Source: Octopus vulgaris
Taxonomy: Eukaryota
NCBI GenBank assembly: GCA_951406725.2
Contig: OX597821.1
Coordinates: 50,530,001 to 50,594,000 of the forward strand
Direction of reading: 5' to 3'
Length of the DNA: 64,000 nt
The notes beneath the pieces are model-generated. The model made no database searches, was not told the DNA's origin, and worked only from the letters and a program-made list of their open reading frames with translations. Shown piece by piece: positions 24,422 through 37,229 of this stretch. The position numbers were made by a program, and so were the translations under genes. Positions within the stretch are counted from its first letter, which is position 1. Each line of letters opens with the position of its first letter.

Positions 24422-24770
24422 TCAAATTAACATCCAATTGTATCCCAAAACTCTTTGGGAGTATCTATATACTAGTTTATTTGTACACATTAAAGCGCAT
24501 AAGGCTTCTTCGGGACAGAGATTGCAAAATCTTGAGAACGCGCTGTACGGATTTGTATTGCACTTTCCCTTCCTTGAGTTTCTAGACCAGGCCAGCAAGT
24601 GATGCGCTGTGTCTTTTATTAATGTTTTTAAACGATGCAATAAGGGTCTGATATCGGTTTTGAAGTAATCGGTGGTTGTACCAATGTCTACGGCCATATC
24701 ATATAGCATTCTCTCTGTACATTTGTATACTACGTTCTTACGAAGATATTCAATCTCCGGAGGAAAGTTC
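24422..24770 (-). pseudogene. Penelope-like GIY-YIG endonuclease remnant
   Basis: L.KNVVYKC...DIGTTTDYFKT...PYSAFSRFCNLCPEEAL fits the VVY...YIG.T...FK.R...C.LC.EE pattern. Confidence 0.72.
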
Positions 24771-25199
24771 GATTGTATCCACACATACATATACTTCACA
24801 CGTACATATCAAAATATACATGCTTACACACACACATACACATACACTAACACATGCACACACACACGCACATAAACATATACACACACGTACACGCATA
24901 TAACAAGTACACACACAAAAGTCAAACATAAAATAATAATAATAATAATAATAACAACAACAACAAGAGCAATGAGAGAGCACAAACCTCTGCCAAATGG
25001 TGGAGGTACTAATAGGTTCTACTCAGGAGTTCTTGAATGAATAGCATGAGACCTTTTGGTTTTCCCTTCTCTTAAATTTCAGCCTTCCTTTAGTATTTCT
25101 CTCGTTTTAGATCGATGTGTAGATGTATGTATATATGTAAGTATACTGTAAAGTGTTAATATGTATACATGTATGTATAATATATATATATATATATAT

Positions 25200-27012
25200 A
25201 TATAACACAGGATATGTGTATGTCTGTGTGTTTGTCATGTCGTTAAAACTCGAGATCCACCCAACCAATTTCAATGAAATTTTATACATGCATTACATAG
25301 GGTCATGAGCCAAAAACATTTTCAACTTCTTGCCTAATGCAGGCACAGGGGCAGATAAACTGCATTTTAAAAGCATTTTCGCAGCCTTAAGGCCTGTAAC
25401 TTGAAGTGTATCCAGTCGCTTTCCTCCAAATTTGCAATAAACATTAATAAGGCTCTTCAAATTGCTGTTGACCAAAAATAAAATTTTCGACGCCAACTAT
25501 GGGCACCCCTAAAATGCAGATTAATCAGATTTGAGTATACTGCACTGGGTTTTATCTTTGTTTAAGGCCATTTCCGACGATAAGATATTAACACTACTTG
25601 TGCATTATAAGTGGCGTATAATATTTCATGAAAATCTTCTTGTCCAGTTTGGCAGAGGAAATGAGAAGAACGTTAAAATTTTTGTTGGCGCCTTGTTGAT
25701 GCTTCATGTTACCATCCCGCGCAGCACCGGACATGTGCGCGTGTGTGCGGCTGGGTAAAGGAACAACAAACCTATTCATCCATTCTCCAGAAGTGCCCTG
25801 TTGATGTTTCACGTTTCCAATCCTACGCAACGCAGCATGACCCGGCAGCATGTCTGCTTTCTATGTCATCCATGTCTGAACTGTATGATACAAAATGTCC
25901 ATACAAAAAACAAACAGCTGTTGTGACTCACAGCCATTCGAGTTTGACTGTGTGTCCACTTTCGGAAGCTACATTCACCACCTGCAATTAGTCCCAGCTC
26001 CCTGTGTTCCCTCTCCTGTTTAGTCGGACGAATAAATACAGGGTGTCCCAGAATTAACGATGATTTGAGTGAAATCGGATGCATTAAAAAAAAAACTCAC
26101 TTTTATTTATGCTTATCATGTTTAATATGTATTAAAAGTCTATAAATTTTGAATTTTGTTTTTAATTTTATTTTCATTCTTGTTGGACCACTCTTATTTG
26201 TCTACGACAGCTTTTTTTAATTTGGCAGCAATCATTTTCTTTACCTCCATCCCTAAGATGGAGTAATCGTTTAGCTGAGCTTAAAGAACGCATTCATTTA
26301 GCAGTACAGGAGCTAATTCCTGAACTGCTTCAAAATGTGTTTCACAACGCTAAGGAGAGATTTAAAGTATGCAGGGATACAGACATGTTGAAAAATTTCA
26401 ATAAAAGTTTGACGTAAGATTTATAAGTCTATTTGTTTTGGTAATAAACATAAGATTCAGTCAGTTTTTCAAAAATTTGCTCAATTTCATTGAAACACGT
26501 AGTTAATTCTGGAACATCCTGCGTGGCGTAGCGTTGTTAGTTGTTGTGTTACTCGAGTAAATATTAAAATCAAAGGTCTTCTCGCCATAAACATCCCATT
26601 TTTTTGTTAAGCATATTGTATCTAAAATGTATTATCTAAAATGTATTTCTCATTTATAGGCATGGCTGTGTGGTTGAGAAGCTTGCTTTCCAATTATGTC
26701 GCACAGTGGAATTGAACCCAAGGCAAGAAGGGACTACACAATCAGTTCAATGCAGCCACAACAGAAGTTGCTGGAAAAATTGGTGGGATTGGCTGATGAA
26801 AGGAACCCTAAAAAAGAAACCGAAAGTACTATGCCGACATTACATCTCCGTGCCGATCAAAGCCTTGTGTATTATATAATTGCTATTACTGTATTGATAT
26901 ATAAAATAACATATACTGAAGGAATAAATCTATGTATATAATAACACTTTGAATGTGGCTCCCGAGAAAGAGTAAAAGTAATTACCCGATCAACGACGGA
27001 TATTACTGCTAG
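25200..27012 (+). mobile_element. Probable composite non-autonomous Helitron with nested inserts
   Basis: 5' (TA)n-tgtgtatgtctg...ccaatttcaatgaaatttt; 3' ccgatcaacgacgg hairpin plus actgCTAG|T, similar to the 32791 terminus. Confidence 0.5.
26039..26521 (+). mobile_element. Internally deleted Tc1/mariner-superfamily element
   Basis: TA|CAGGGTGTCCCAGAATTAAC / gttaattctggaacatcctg TIRs; LAELKERIHLAVQELIPELLQNVFHNAKERFKVC transposase C-terminus. Confidence 0.75.
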
Positions 27013-27179
27013 TAATATATATATATATAGTAAAAATATGTATTATTTAATATCTGAAGGGTTTTGCTGCCATTTGTTTATGTAGTTTGATTTCTTTATC
27101 CATCAGTTTCTAAGATAGAGACACGAGTAAAATTAATAATAAAGAAACGAAAATAAAACTTTGGAAACAGCTTAAAGGG

Positions 27180-27430
27180 AGATAATTGAGAAAGACTTGA
27201 AAGTGAACGTAAGATTCTAATCATGTATAGTAAACTAAATATAACAAATAATCCAGAATCCTTGTTCAGCACTGGATCGATCCCAAAATCTAATCAGTTC
27301 GTGTCAGTTACTAGGTCAAACATTCCTGAAAGTTTCATCCGAATCCATCCAGCGGTTCTTGAGATATCCTGTCCACGGACAAACAAACAAACACGACTTA
27401 AAACAATATCTACTCCTTCACTAAAGCGGA

Positions 27431-27434
<4 letters not shown>
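27180..27434 (-). mobile_element. Helentron-associated (HINE/DINE-like) element end
   Basis: Minus strand: ttattacctccgctttagtgaaggag...(GTTT)n gtccgtggacaggatatctcaagaaccgctggatggattcggatgaaacttt. Confidence 0.5.
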
Positions 27435-27505
<71 letters not shown>

Positions 27506-27524
27506 AATATTATAATAATAATAT

Positions 27525-27724
27525 TTGTCTGTAAGTATGAGATCATGGAGAACCACATTGTCTGTAAGTATGAGATCATGGAGAATCACATTTGTCTGTA
27601 AGTATGAGATCATGGAGAACCACATTGTCTGTAAGTATGTGATCATGGAGAACCACATTGTCTGTAAGTATGAGATCATAGAGAACCACACTTGTCTGTA
27701 AGTATGAGATCATGGAGAACCACA
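27525..27724 (+). repeat. Six copies of a 33-34-bp unit derived from R4/Dong RT sequence
   Basis: ttgtctgtaagtatgagatcatggagaaccaca x6; the last unit continues in frame into RT. Confidence 0.9.
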
Positions 27725-27842
27725 CTAACTTTGAACAGTGACAATGAATCTCTAAATGCTGATGATGTAAAAATTTCCTGTGGCATTTTCCAGGGTGACT
27801 CAGTATTACCACTCCTCTTTTGTTTAGCCTTAATGCCTCTCT
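27692..27842 (+). pseudogene. R4/Dong-like RT fragment A
   Basis: LSVSMRSWRTTLTLNSDNESLNADDVKISCGIFQGDSVLPLLFCLALMPL. Confidence 0.8.
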
Positions 27843-29948
27843 CAACTTCAGGATTGCCTTGATAGAGGAATAATACCAGATTAGATGACTAGAGAGAGGA
27901 CAATACTCATTATTAAAGATAAGAGCAAGGGTAATACAGCTAGCAACTAAAGACCAATCACTTGCTTACCATTAGCGTGGAAGCTGTTAACAGTGAATGC
28001 TTTCAGAAAGCATTTACGAGCACCTTGACAAACAGAATTTACTACCAGAACAGAAAGGTTGCAGGAAGAAAGCTAGAGGAACGCATGATCTATTATATAT
28101 AGACAAAGCAGTACTAAATGAAGTAAAGCTAGAAAGAAAAATCTAACAATAGGCTGGATAGATTAAAGGAAAGCCTATGACATGATCCCACACTCATGGA
28201 TAAGTGAAAGTTTGAATATATTCAGTATAGTAGGCAACATAAGGGAATTAATTAGCTCTAGCATGAAGAAATGGAAAATTGATCTCTACTCAGATGACAC
28301 ACTCTTAGAGACAGTTAATATCAAAAGAGAAATTTTCCAGGGGAGCTCAATCGTCCCCATTAATATTTGTCTTCTGTTTGATCCACCCTAGTTTAGTATT
28401 AAGCAAGGAAAAGGCAGGGTATCAGTTCAGAAATAGTAATGGAAATATTAACCATTTGCTCTACATGGATGATCAGAAGCTTTTTAATAATAAAGAAGAG
28501 ATAGATTCCTTAATACAGACTGTAAGACTCTTCAGCAAAGAGAGAGGCATGGAATTTGGCATAGATAAAAGTGTGCAATATTAGTCATGAGAAGGGGACA
28601 GGTAGTCAACAGCAAAGGCATGCAATTACCAGGCAGATGGCCAGACATCAAAATTATTGAAAGGAGGAGAGAGTTATAAGTATCTAAGAGTATTAGAATC
28701 TGGCAGTGTACTAACTACAGAAATAAAAATGAAAATTTAGGAGTAGCTCAGAAGGCTGAGGAAGCTAATGAAATCAAAGCTAAATGCTCCGAATCTTGTG
28801 AAGGCAGTAAATACTTGAGCAGTATCATTACTTAGATACTCAGCAGCTTTTGTTGATTAAACAATAACTGAATTAGCAAAGCTGGACAGAAGAACTAGGA
28901 AGGAATACAATGTGAATGGAGGACTCCACCCAAGAGCAGGAGTAGCAAGATTATACTTACCTAGAAAGGAAGGTGGAAGAGGGTTAATATCAGTAGAAGA
29001 ATGCGTGTAGTTAGTTACAGTAAATATAGACTCCTGTGAAGAAAGGTTGATTAAAAGCTGCCAGAGTTACAGCAAGACATAAGGGAAATCAAAACACCAA
29101 ACAAACTTAAAGATTAGAAAAAGAACTGAAATTGTCTGACTGGCAAAAAAGAAGGCGTTGCATGAGTAGATTCCCAAAGAAAGTTGCAGCAAATAGTAGC
29201 AGTGAGACATGGTTATGGTTGCAGAACGGAAAGCTGAAGAGGGAGACAGAAAGTTTGTTAGTAGCAGCACAAGATCAAGCATTAAGGACTAATTGGATAA
29301 AAGCCAAGATAGACAAAAAATCAAGTAGATTCCCAATGTAGATTTTGCAAATCAAAAGTGGAATGTGTTACTCATATAGAAAGTGAATGTAGCATGCTGG
29401 CACAGAAAGAATACAAGAAAAAATATAATCTAGGGAGAGCAATCCACTGGAAGCTATGTAGAAAGCTAGGATTTAAACATACTGATAAATGGTATAAATA
29501 TCAACCTAGTAAAATACTAAAAAGTAAGAAATACAAGATGTTGTGGGACTTTAACATTCAAAATGACAGAGTAATAGAAGCTAGAAGACCTGATTTGATA
29601 GTAGTAGATAAAGAGAATAGAAAGTGTCAGATAATTGACTTTACAGACCCAGTTGATGAAAAAAATTAGTATGAGGAGTATAGAAGAATAATATCAAAGT
29701 ACTAAGACCTAGCTATTGAATTACAATGACTATGGGTAAAAAATGTATCCCAGTAGTTATAGGTGCATTGGGAACTATGTCTAAAGATCTGAACAAATGG
29801 ATAGAGGAAATAGGCATAAAACCCAGTTTAGTACAGCTGCAGTGTTATTAGGGACATCTAGGATACTTAGGAGGGTTCTTGGCCCCCAAGGCTACTTGCA
29901 GCTCGATGTTTGGAGTCCTTTCTTTTCCAACAATCTAATCTGTCGAGT

Positions 29949-29949
<1 letters not shown>
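27843..29949 (+). mobile_element. R4/Dong-like RLE non-LTR retrotransposon B, 5'-truncated and degenerate
   Basis: RPITCLP, EQKGCRK, KAYDMIPHSW, IFQG, HLLYMDD, EFGIDKC, AAQDQAL, WDFNIQNDRVIEARRPD, PVVIGALG; ends in (TAA)n. Confidence 0.9.
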
Positions 29950-30028
<79 letters not shown>

Positions 30029-30037
30029 GACACCACC

Positions 30038-30069
<32 letters not shown>

Positions 30070-30179
30070 CAACAACAAACAACAACAATAATAATAATAA
30101 TACACAGTACTGCTCACGCTCCAGCAACAAGGAGGTGTAACAGATGTTGTAGTTGAAATTTGATGAAACTACTAGATGT

Positions 30180-30244
<65 letters not shown>

Positions 30245-30245
<1 letters not shown>

Positions 30246-31532
30246 GCTACAATATCCTTAACTGGACACGAAATGAACTGTCCAAAATAGATAGGAAAAC
30301 AAGAAAAATAATGACAGGATCTAGGATGCCTCACCCAAAATCTGACATAGAAAGACTATATATACAACGTATAGAAGGTGGTAGAGGCCTTATACAGCTG
30401 GAAAGCTACTATAAAATAGCCACCATAGGACTGCAAAAATATCTACTTCAGAAGGAAGGAAAACTGATCCAGATAGCAGGCAAAACACGAGCAAAACAAA
30501 AAACTGTTTTCAGTATTTAAGGAAGCTGACAAATACAAACAAGAAATCATACCACCTAATAAACATGAAGAAGAAGAAGAAGATGAAGAAACAACAAAAG
30601 CTATAAAACAAATGAAATCCAAACTAAAAATAGAACAGCAACGAACCATGATAAAACGATGGCAAGAAAAGCCCCTTCATCGTAAATACTGGACTAAACT
30701 AAACGCAAAAAAGAAATAGACAAAGAAAAATCCCAGCAATGGCTGAGAAGCTCAGGACTCAAAGCAGAAACAGAGGGATTTTTAATTGCAGCACAAGACC
30801 AAAGCCTCCCCACCAGAAATTACCAAAAACATGTAATGAAAAGAAATATTACAAGTAACTGCAGAATATGTGGAGATGGACAAGAAACAATAAATCATAT
30901 TATCTCTAGCTGCCCAGTCCTGGCTAAGAAGGAATATATTCACAGACATGACAGAGTTGGAACCTACATACATTGGAAGCTATGCCAACATTATGGAATA
31001 ACAACAGAAAAAAGATGGTATAGGCACACACCAGAAAAGGTCACAGAAAACGAGAAAGCAACCATACTCTGGGATATGCCGATACACACAGATAGAGAAA
31101 ATTAAGGCCAACAGACCAGATATAGTTGTCAGAGATCATGAAGAAAAAAAATGCTTTCTAATTGAAGTTTCAATACCGGCAGATGACAACATTGTCTCTA
31201 AAAGAAATGGAGAAACTCTCAAAATACAAAGACCTGGAAATAGAGGTAACTAGAATGTGGAATCTGAAAACAGAAACAATTCCTATCATAGTAGGTGCAT
31301 TAGGCACGATAAAAAAATATTCAAACAAATACATAACAAAAACACCAGGACTTACAAACACATATAACATACAGAAAATTGCACTACTAGGCACTGCACA
31401 CATCCTACGCAAAACACTTTCCATACAATAACCATCAGAGCATCACAACAAATCACAGCACATACCCAAGTTGCACACATAGAGCTGCGCTCGGTAGTGA
31501 AGTGAAAGCACGCTATAAAAATAAAACTACTG
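30245..31532 (+). mobile_element. R4/Dong-like element C, 5'-truncated, young
   Basis: RLYIQRIEGGRGL, AAQDQSL, CRIC...ETINHIISSC...RHD, WDMPIHTD, NRPD, EKLSKYKDL, IIVGALG; flanked by (TAA)n. Confidence 0.92.
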
Positions 31533-31567
31533 AATAATAATAATAATATTAATAATAATAATAATAA

Positions 31568-31696
31568 TGAAAAAAAGGAGGGCTTAGTTTAGAGATAGTA
31601 AAAGAAAAAAATAGCCATTTGCTCTACATGGATGATTTGAAGCTTTTTAGTTAGAATAAAAATGAAATAGATTCATTGATACAAAGTGTGTGCCTG
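31568..31696 (+). pseudogene. R4/Dong-like RT fragment D
   Basis: SHLLYMDDLKLF..NKNEIDSLIQSV directly after (TAA)n. Confidence 0.75.
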
Positions 31697-31806
31697 AACA
31701 GGCACGGACACTCTTCGCATCCAGCAGGATGAAGAGGTTCAGTTACTCGCTACTGATTAACTTCTCGGATACGAGTTAATGCCGACGACGATATATATAC
31801 GATATG

Positions 31807-32140
31807 TGAAAGCGCATGGCTCAGTGGTTAGTGCGTCGGATTCACAACTATGAGGCAGTGAGTTCGATTTCCGGAGCGGACTATGTGTTGTGTCCTTGAG
31901 CAAGACACTTTATTTCACTTTTGCTCCAGTCCATTCGGTTGTAGAAATGAGTTGCGGCGTCACTGGTGCGAAGCTGTATCGGTCTTTGTTTTTCCCTTGA
32001 ATAGCATCGATGGCGTTAAGAGGGGAGGCTGGCGTGCATGGGTGACTGCTGGTCTTTTATAAACAACCTTGCCCGTAATTGTACCTCGGAGGGTAACTTT
32101 CTAGGTGCAAACCCATGGTCGTCTATGACCGAATGGGGTT
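31807..32140 (+). mobile_element. tRNA-derived SINE family C (V-domain-like)
   Basis: tggctcagtggttag A box, gagttcgatttcc B box, gtgtccttgagcaagacactt. Confidence 0.8.
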
Positions 32141-32185
32141 TTTTTTACCACCTTCCCCCCCCCTCTCTCTCTATATATATATATG

Positions 32186-32390
32186 TTGATTCGCTAGCCT
32201 CTGCACGCATTTTTTTCTCTCCTTGTTTCTTTCTGTGTTTCTTTTCTGTGTATCTTTCTGTTGAAGAGCGTAGGCTCGAAACGTAAAAGACTTGTTTTAT
32301 TTATATTCCTGAGCGCCATACTAATACAATTGTTTGTTTGTATTCCACCTGCCTTCGTCTTTTGTTTATTTTCATAAAGCTTCCTGTTAT
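32186..32390 (+). mobile_element. Penelope-like pLTR fragment with minimal hammerhead (32253-32290)
   Basis: tcttt CTGTTGA a gagc-gtag-gctc GAAA c GTA aaaga; between (TA)n tracts. Confidence 0.7.
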
Positions 32391-32415
32391 ATATATCTAT
32401 ATATCTATATATCTA

Positions 32416-32554
<139 letters not shown>

Positions 32555-32790
32555 TTTATATATGATTTTATATATTTTTTAAAGCTATTTTTTTTATTTC
32601 TCTTAATTTCTTCCTCATTTTATACCTTCCTGTTTTTTCTTGTTCACATTAAGGATGGTCAACCCTCCTGAACTTTTGTCAAGAACCTTAATTTATAAGA
32701 AATATATTAGACACCTTATCATTATTTTTAATGAGCAACTAAGCTAATTTTATCTGGTCACCGGCTTCCATGCATTATATTTATAAAGAA

Positions 32791-33463
32791 CTAGCAGTAT
32801 CGCCCGGCGTTGCTCGGGTTTGTAAGGGAAATAACTATATAAGCATTTTTAGAGAGTTATAGCAAAAAAATTAACAAAAAATGCATTAAAAATGGAATAA
32901 AAAAAGGTTGGTAATTTTTTTTTTAATCGTTGACTCATCGTAGACATTTTTAGAGAGTTACTTCCCTTATATAATAGCGAAAAATGCATTAAAATGGAAA
33001 AAATGATGGTAAATTTTTTTAAAAATCGTAGACTCATCGTAGACGCTTTCTTAGTCATTTCTGTTTTGGTGTCTTCAAGCCATGAAGTCGTTGTTCTAAA
33101 AGAACGCTGGTCTCCTTGACAACGCTTTACGACATTGATTTCCTTACACTCCCTTCCCCACAGCTTCACGAGGGAGGGAAGAAGGGGGAGAAGCAACACA
33201 GGTGCAGGTGTGACCATGGACGCCAACTCCGCCGCCATCGACACACGAAAAAATATGCGTTAAAATGGAAAAAAATGATGTTAAATTATTTTTAAAATCA
33301 TAGACTCATCGTAGACAGGCGCTAATACCCAGACGGGCTCGATAGGAATCACGACTATAAGATACCCGAATTTGGTTAAACTGCACCGCAAAATGTGGGA
33401 GTAGTTAGGAATCTAAATCGTAGGAGACAGACACTCACACAACTACAGTTTTATATATATAGA
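32791..33463 (-). mobile_element. Complete non-autonomous Helitron (673 bp)
   Basis: Minus strand: A|TCTATATATATAAAA ... cccgagcaacgccggg hairpin, actgCTAG|T; three internal ~65-bp repeats ending gactcatcgtagac. Confidence 0.85.
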
Positions 33464-33741
33464 TTTTGTGTGTATACTTGGAGTTGGATTTCTGGTGTAA
33501 CCAGGATGTTCTGATGATCAGCTGAGCTAACTTTCTTTATTTGTAGTGATATGTGAATATACAATTGTATTGTGTAATTCGTAACATGCATATTAATGCA
33601 AACATATAAACATAATCTACTTCACTCTGAAATTATCATACATGAAGAAGGTTGCAAAACGGCCGTAATCCTAAAATTGTCAAGTAGTTAAATAAACATA
33701 TACATCTTTCATACCTCCTGAATTTGTATGGTATATGAGCA

Positions 33742-34056
33742 GGAGACCCCCTTCGGTCATGAATGATCATGGGATTGCACCTAGAAAGTTACCCTCCTAG
33801 GCACAAGTCTGAGCAAGGTTGTTTATGGAAGGCCAGCAGTCGCCCATGCATACCAGCCTCCCCTATCCACGCCACCAGTGTTATTCAAGGGAAAGGCAAA
33901 GGCCGATACAGTTTGGCACCTGTGACGTCGCAACTCATTTCTACAGCTGAGTTAACTGGAGCAACGTGAAATTAAGTGTCTTGCTCAAGAACACAACACG
34001 CAGCCCGGTCCGGGAATCGAACTCACAACCTCACGATCGTAAGCTCCACGCTTATG
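33742..34056 (-). mobile_element. SINE family C
   Basis: Homologous to 31807-32140 in reverse orientation. Confidence 0.8.
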
Positions 34057-34216
34057 GTATATATATATGTATGTATGTGTGTGTGTTTGTGTGTGTATGT
34101 GTATGTGTGTGTATATGTGTGAGTGTGTGTGTGGGTGAGGATGTGTTTGTGTGTATGTGTGTGTATATGAATGTATGTATGTGTATGTGTGTGTGGTATA
34201 TATATGTATATGTATA

Positions 34217-34271
<55 letters not shown>

Positions 34272-34273
<2 letters not shown>

Positions 34274-34428
34274 GACGGGCTTCTACACAGTTTCTCTCTA
34301 CCATACTCACTCACAAGGTATTAGTTGGCCCGGGGCTTGTGCTGAAGACACTTGGCCAACGTGCTCTTCAATGAGACCGAAATCAAAATCCTGTGGTTGC
34401 GAAGCGACTTCATTTACTACACAGCCGT
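34272..34428 (-). mobile_element. SINE family A 5' half
   Basis: gacgggcttct...ctcacaagg...gaagacacttg...acacagcc. Confidence 0.65.
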
Positions 34429-34460
34429 GTATATGCTAATGTTTTCATGTATGTACATAT

Positions 34461-35342
34461 ATCAGGTTTGGTCAAAAGTTTTTCGGATTGCTTATTCGTT
34501 ATTTTATAGTTTTGATAAGATAATAAGTAGTGAAAAAAATTGCAATTGGAGCTATTTCACGCTACTTGTAGATAAAAGAACTGTAGATAAAAGAACGTGT
34601 GATGCAAAACTGGTTCAGACGTTTCAAGGAAGATAACACCAACCTCGAAGAAAACATTAAGGTCAGGGGACCTTCTGTTGTGGAGGATGAGGCCTAGCTT
34701 GAAATGGTTGAACAACAGTCAAGCACAAGCACTCATACATTGTCTGCAGATCTTCGTCTTTCACAAAGTGCTATCAATCGACACCTCTGTAAGCTCCCGA
34801 CTTGTGAACAGACGCTACTCATGAGTTGATCAATGACAAGGGTCTCTACGACAAGTGAACATTTGCAAACAACTGCTGGAATAATCTTCGAGATCCCCAT
34901 TTTTGGCGTCGACTTGTAACCTGAGATGAAAAATGGATCTATTTTCGTAAACCTAATACAAGAAGTCAGTGGCTTCGTTCCGACCAGACTTCAGAATCTG
35001 TTGTCAAACAACGATGGTTTGAACAGAATGTCATGTATGTTCGGTAGAATTTCGAGGGAGTGTTGCACTTGAGGCTTGTCTCAGATGGTGATGCTGTGAA
35101 CGCTAACCTTTATACTCAACAACTACAGCTAGTATATGATGCTTTTAAAGCCCGCTACCCGGCATTGGTCAATCGAAGACGCACACTTCTACAGCATGAC
35201 AATGTCCCAGCACATACTAGCAATGTGACTAAGCGCAAACTCGAGGAACTTGGGAGGCTGGAAGCGCTGCTTTACTCTGCTTACAGTTCAAACCTTGCAC
35301 TCTCAGATTACTACCTTTTCCCAGCTATTGCTCATTTTCTGC
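34461..35342 (+). pseudogene. mariner (DD34D-type) transposase remnant cut by an assembly gap
   Basis: WFRRFK, VT.DEKWIYF, LLQHDNVPAH, YSSNLALSDYYLF. Confidence 0.88.
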
Positions 35343-35442
35343 NNNNNNNNNNNNNNNNNNNNNNNNNNNNNNNNNNNNNNNNNNNNNNNNNNNNNNNNNN
35401 NNNNNNNNNNNNNNNNNNNNNNNNNNNNNNNNNNNNNNNNNN
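35343..35442. other. Assembly gap (100 N)
   Basis: N run. Confidence 1.
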
Positions 35443-36084
35443 TCAATAGACTCATTCAAGTAGGGGTCATACTCATCACCTACAAATAACAAACAAACAT
35501 GACCCTGCTTTTTTAAATTGTGTGTGCATATGTGTATGTGTAAGCGTGTGTATGTGTGTGTATGTGTACAGATCGTATCCAACGGTAGTGTTTATCCAAC
35601 CATATGATCAATCAATGGGTTAGAATACGATAAATGACATCGATCAGTCAGATTTGCTTCTTTTCCAATTTCTTCATAAATCTATTGAGAGTGGAGGCTA
35701 GTGGACTATTATTTCCATAGAATAATTCCTATTTGGCATTAAGTGGAAACATTTATTCTGTTACGAACTCATGAACAATTCGACTTTTTTTTCCTGTTGT
35801 GTGGTCTTCAATCTATTTCCTTTCTTATTTATTTATTTATTTTTACGTTTGTTTATTCCATCTATTTTCATCACATGCTCCTCTGCTTATCCCCACTCTT
35901 CCTCCTACCACCCCTCTCTGTTCCTTTTTTTTCTGTATACTTTTTGCTTCAGGCATCATTGTTTTTGTTTTTGATGTTTTTGTCAGTGCTTCGTTGTTGT
36001 TATTGAGGAAAGACTGAAGACGATTTCGATTTCGTTTTTATTTCCCTTTTCGTTTTCATTCAAGGTATTGATGTGAAGAAAAAA

Positions 36085-36113
36085 AAACACACACTCACAC
36101 ACACTAATACACA

Positions 36114-36150
<37 letters not shown>

Positions 36151-36366
36151 TCACACACACGCACACACACACACTCACACACACACACACTCACACACAC
36201 GCACGCATATACACGCACGCACACACACACTCACACACACGCACACACACACACACACACTAACACACACGCACACATACACACACACACTAACACACAC
36301 ACACTAACAGACACACACTAACACACACACACACATATACACGCACACACACACACTCACACACAC

Positions 36367-36409
<43 letters not shown>

Positions 36410-36442
36410 CACACACACGCACACATATACACGCACGCACAC
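36085..36442. repeat. Imperfect (CA)n
   Basis: Visible directly. Confidence 0.95.
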
Positions 36443-36542
36443 NNNNNNNNNNNNNNNNNNNNNNNNNNNNNNNNNNNNNNNNNNNNNNNNNNNNNNNNNN
36501 NNNNNNNNNNNNNNNNNNNNNNNNNNNNNNNNNNNNNNNNNN
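36443..36542. other. Assembly gap (100 N)
   Basis: N run. Confidence 1.
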
Positions 36543-36951
36543 AAGTTACGTGGGGCTATATGAGGTGCTTATACCAGAATTCCACCGCCTATTTAAGTAA
36601 GTACGCTAGAAAATGTTAAATGATTAATTTTTATGATTTTTTTTATAACAAAAATTGTATTTTCTAAATTATTAATTCTACTTTATACTCACAAATGGGG
36701 GATGTGACAGGCACTCCTGGAGTTTTAATTAATTACAGATAAATGATTTAATATGCATTAACTATCTGTATTTTCAAGCATAGACGGATTGATGCAATGT
36801 ATAGTTCATTGACCAGTGCTTACAGTTCTGTTAGAAGATTCCTGGTTTTCTTAGAAATGAGGATGTTTAGCGCTTGAAGAAATCTTCATTTTTGGAACAG
36901 GCACGCTTCTTTTGAAGTTTCATATTACAGATTCTGAGAGAGAGAGAGAGC

Positions 36952-36982
<31 letters not shown>

Positions 36983-37229
36983 AGAGGGAGAGGGAGAGGG
37001 AGGGAGATAGACGGAGAGAGAGAGAGAGAGAGGAAGGGAAGAATCATTCTCCCCAGTACTTCACCACTTGATCAGTATTTTATTTCTCGACCCTGGAAAT
37101 ATGAAACGCAAAGCTCACCACGGCGGTATTTGAATACATAGTGGAGGCAATCAGAGCAAAAAAACGTAAAAAAAAAAACGTAAAAAAACCCCCAAAAAAC
37201 AAAACAGCAAGCCAAACATGCATACGTAC

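Noticed and set aside
27525-27724. CRISPR-like 33-bp repeats
   Set aside because: No spacers, eukaryotic context, and the unit is RT coding sequence
29867-30334. Poly-I/poly-N/poly-P ORFs
   Set aside because: Derived from (TAA)n, (CAC)n and (CAA)n trinucleotide arrays
31807-31885. tRNA gene candidates (also 1539, 3724, 14632)
   Set aside because: A/B boxes are SINE heads followed by SINE bodies; no complete cloverleaf acceptor stem
33640-33690. atgaagaaggttgc...gtaatcctaaaattgtca possible decayed hammerhead
   Set aside because: Both core boxes are mutated
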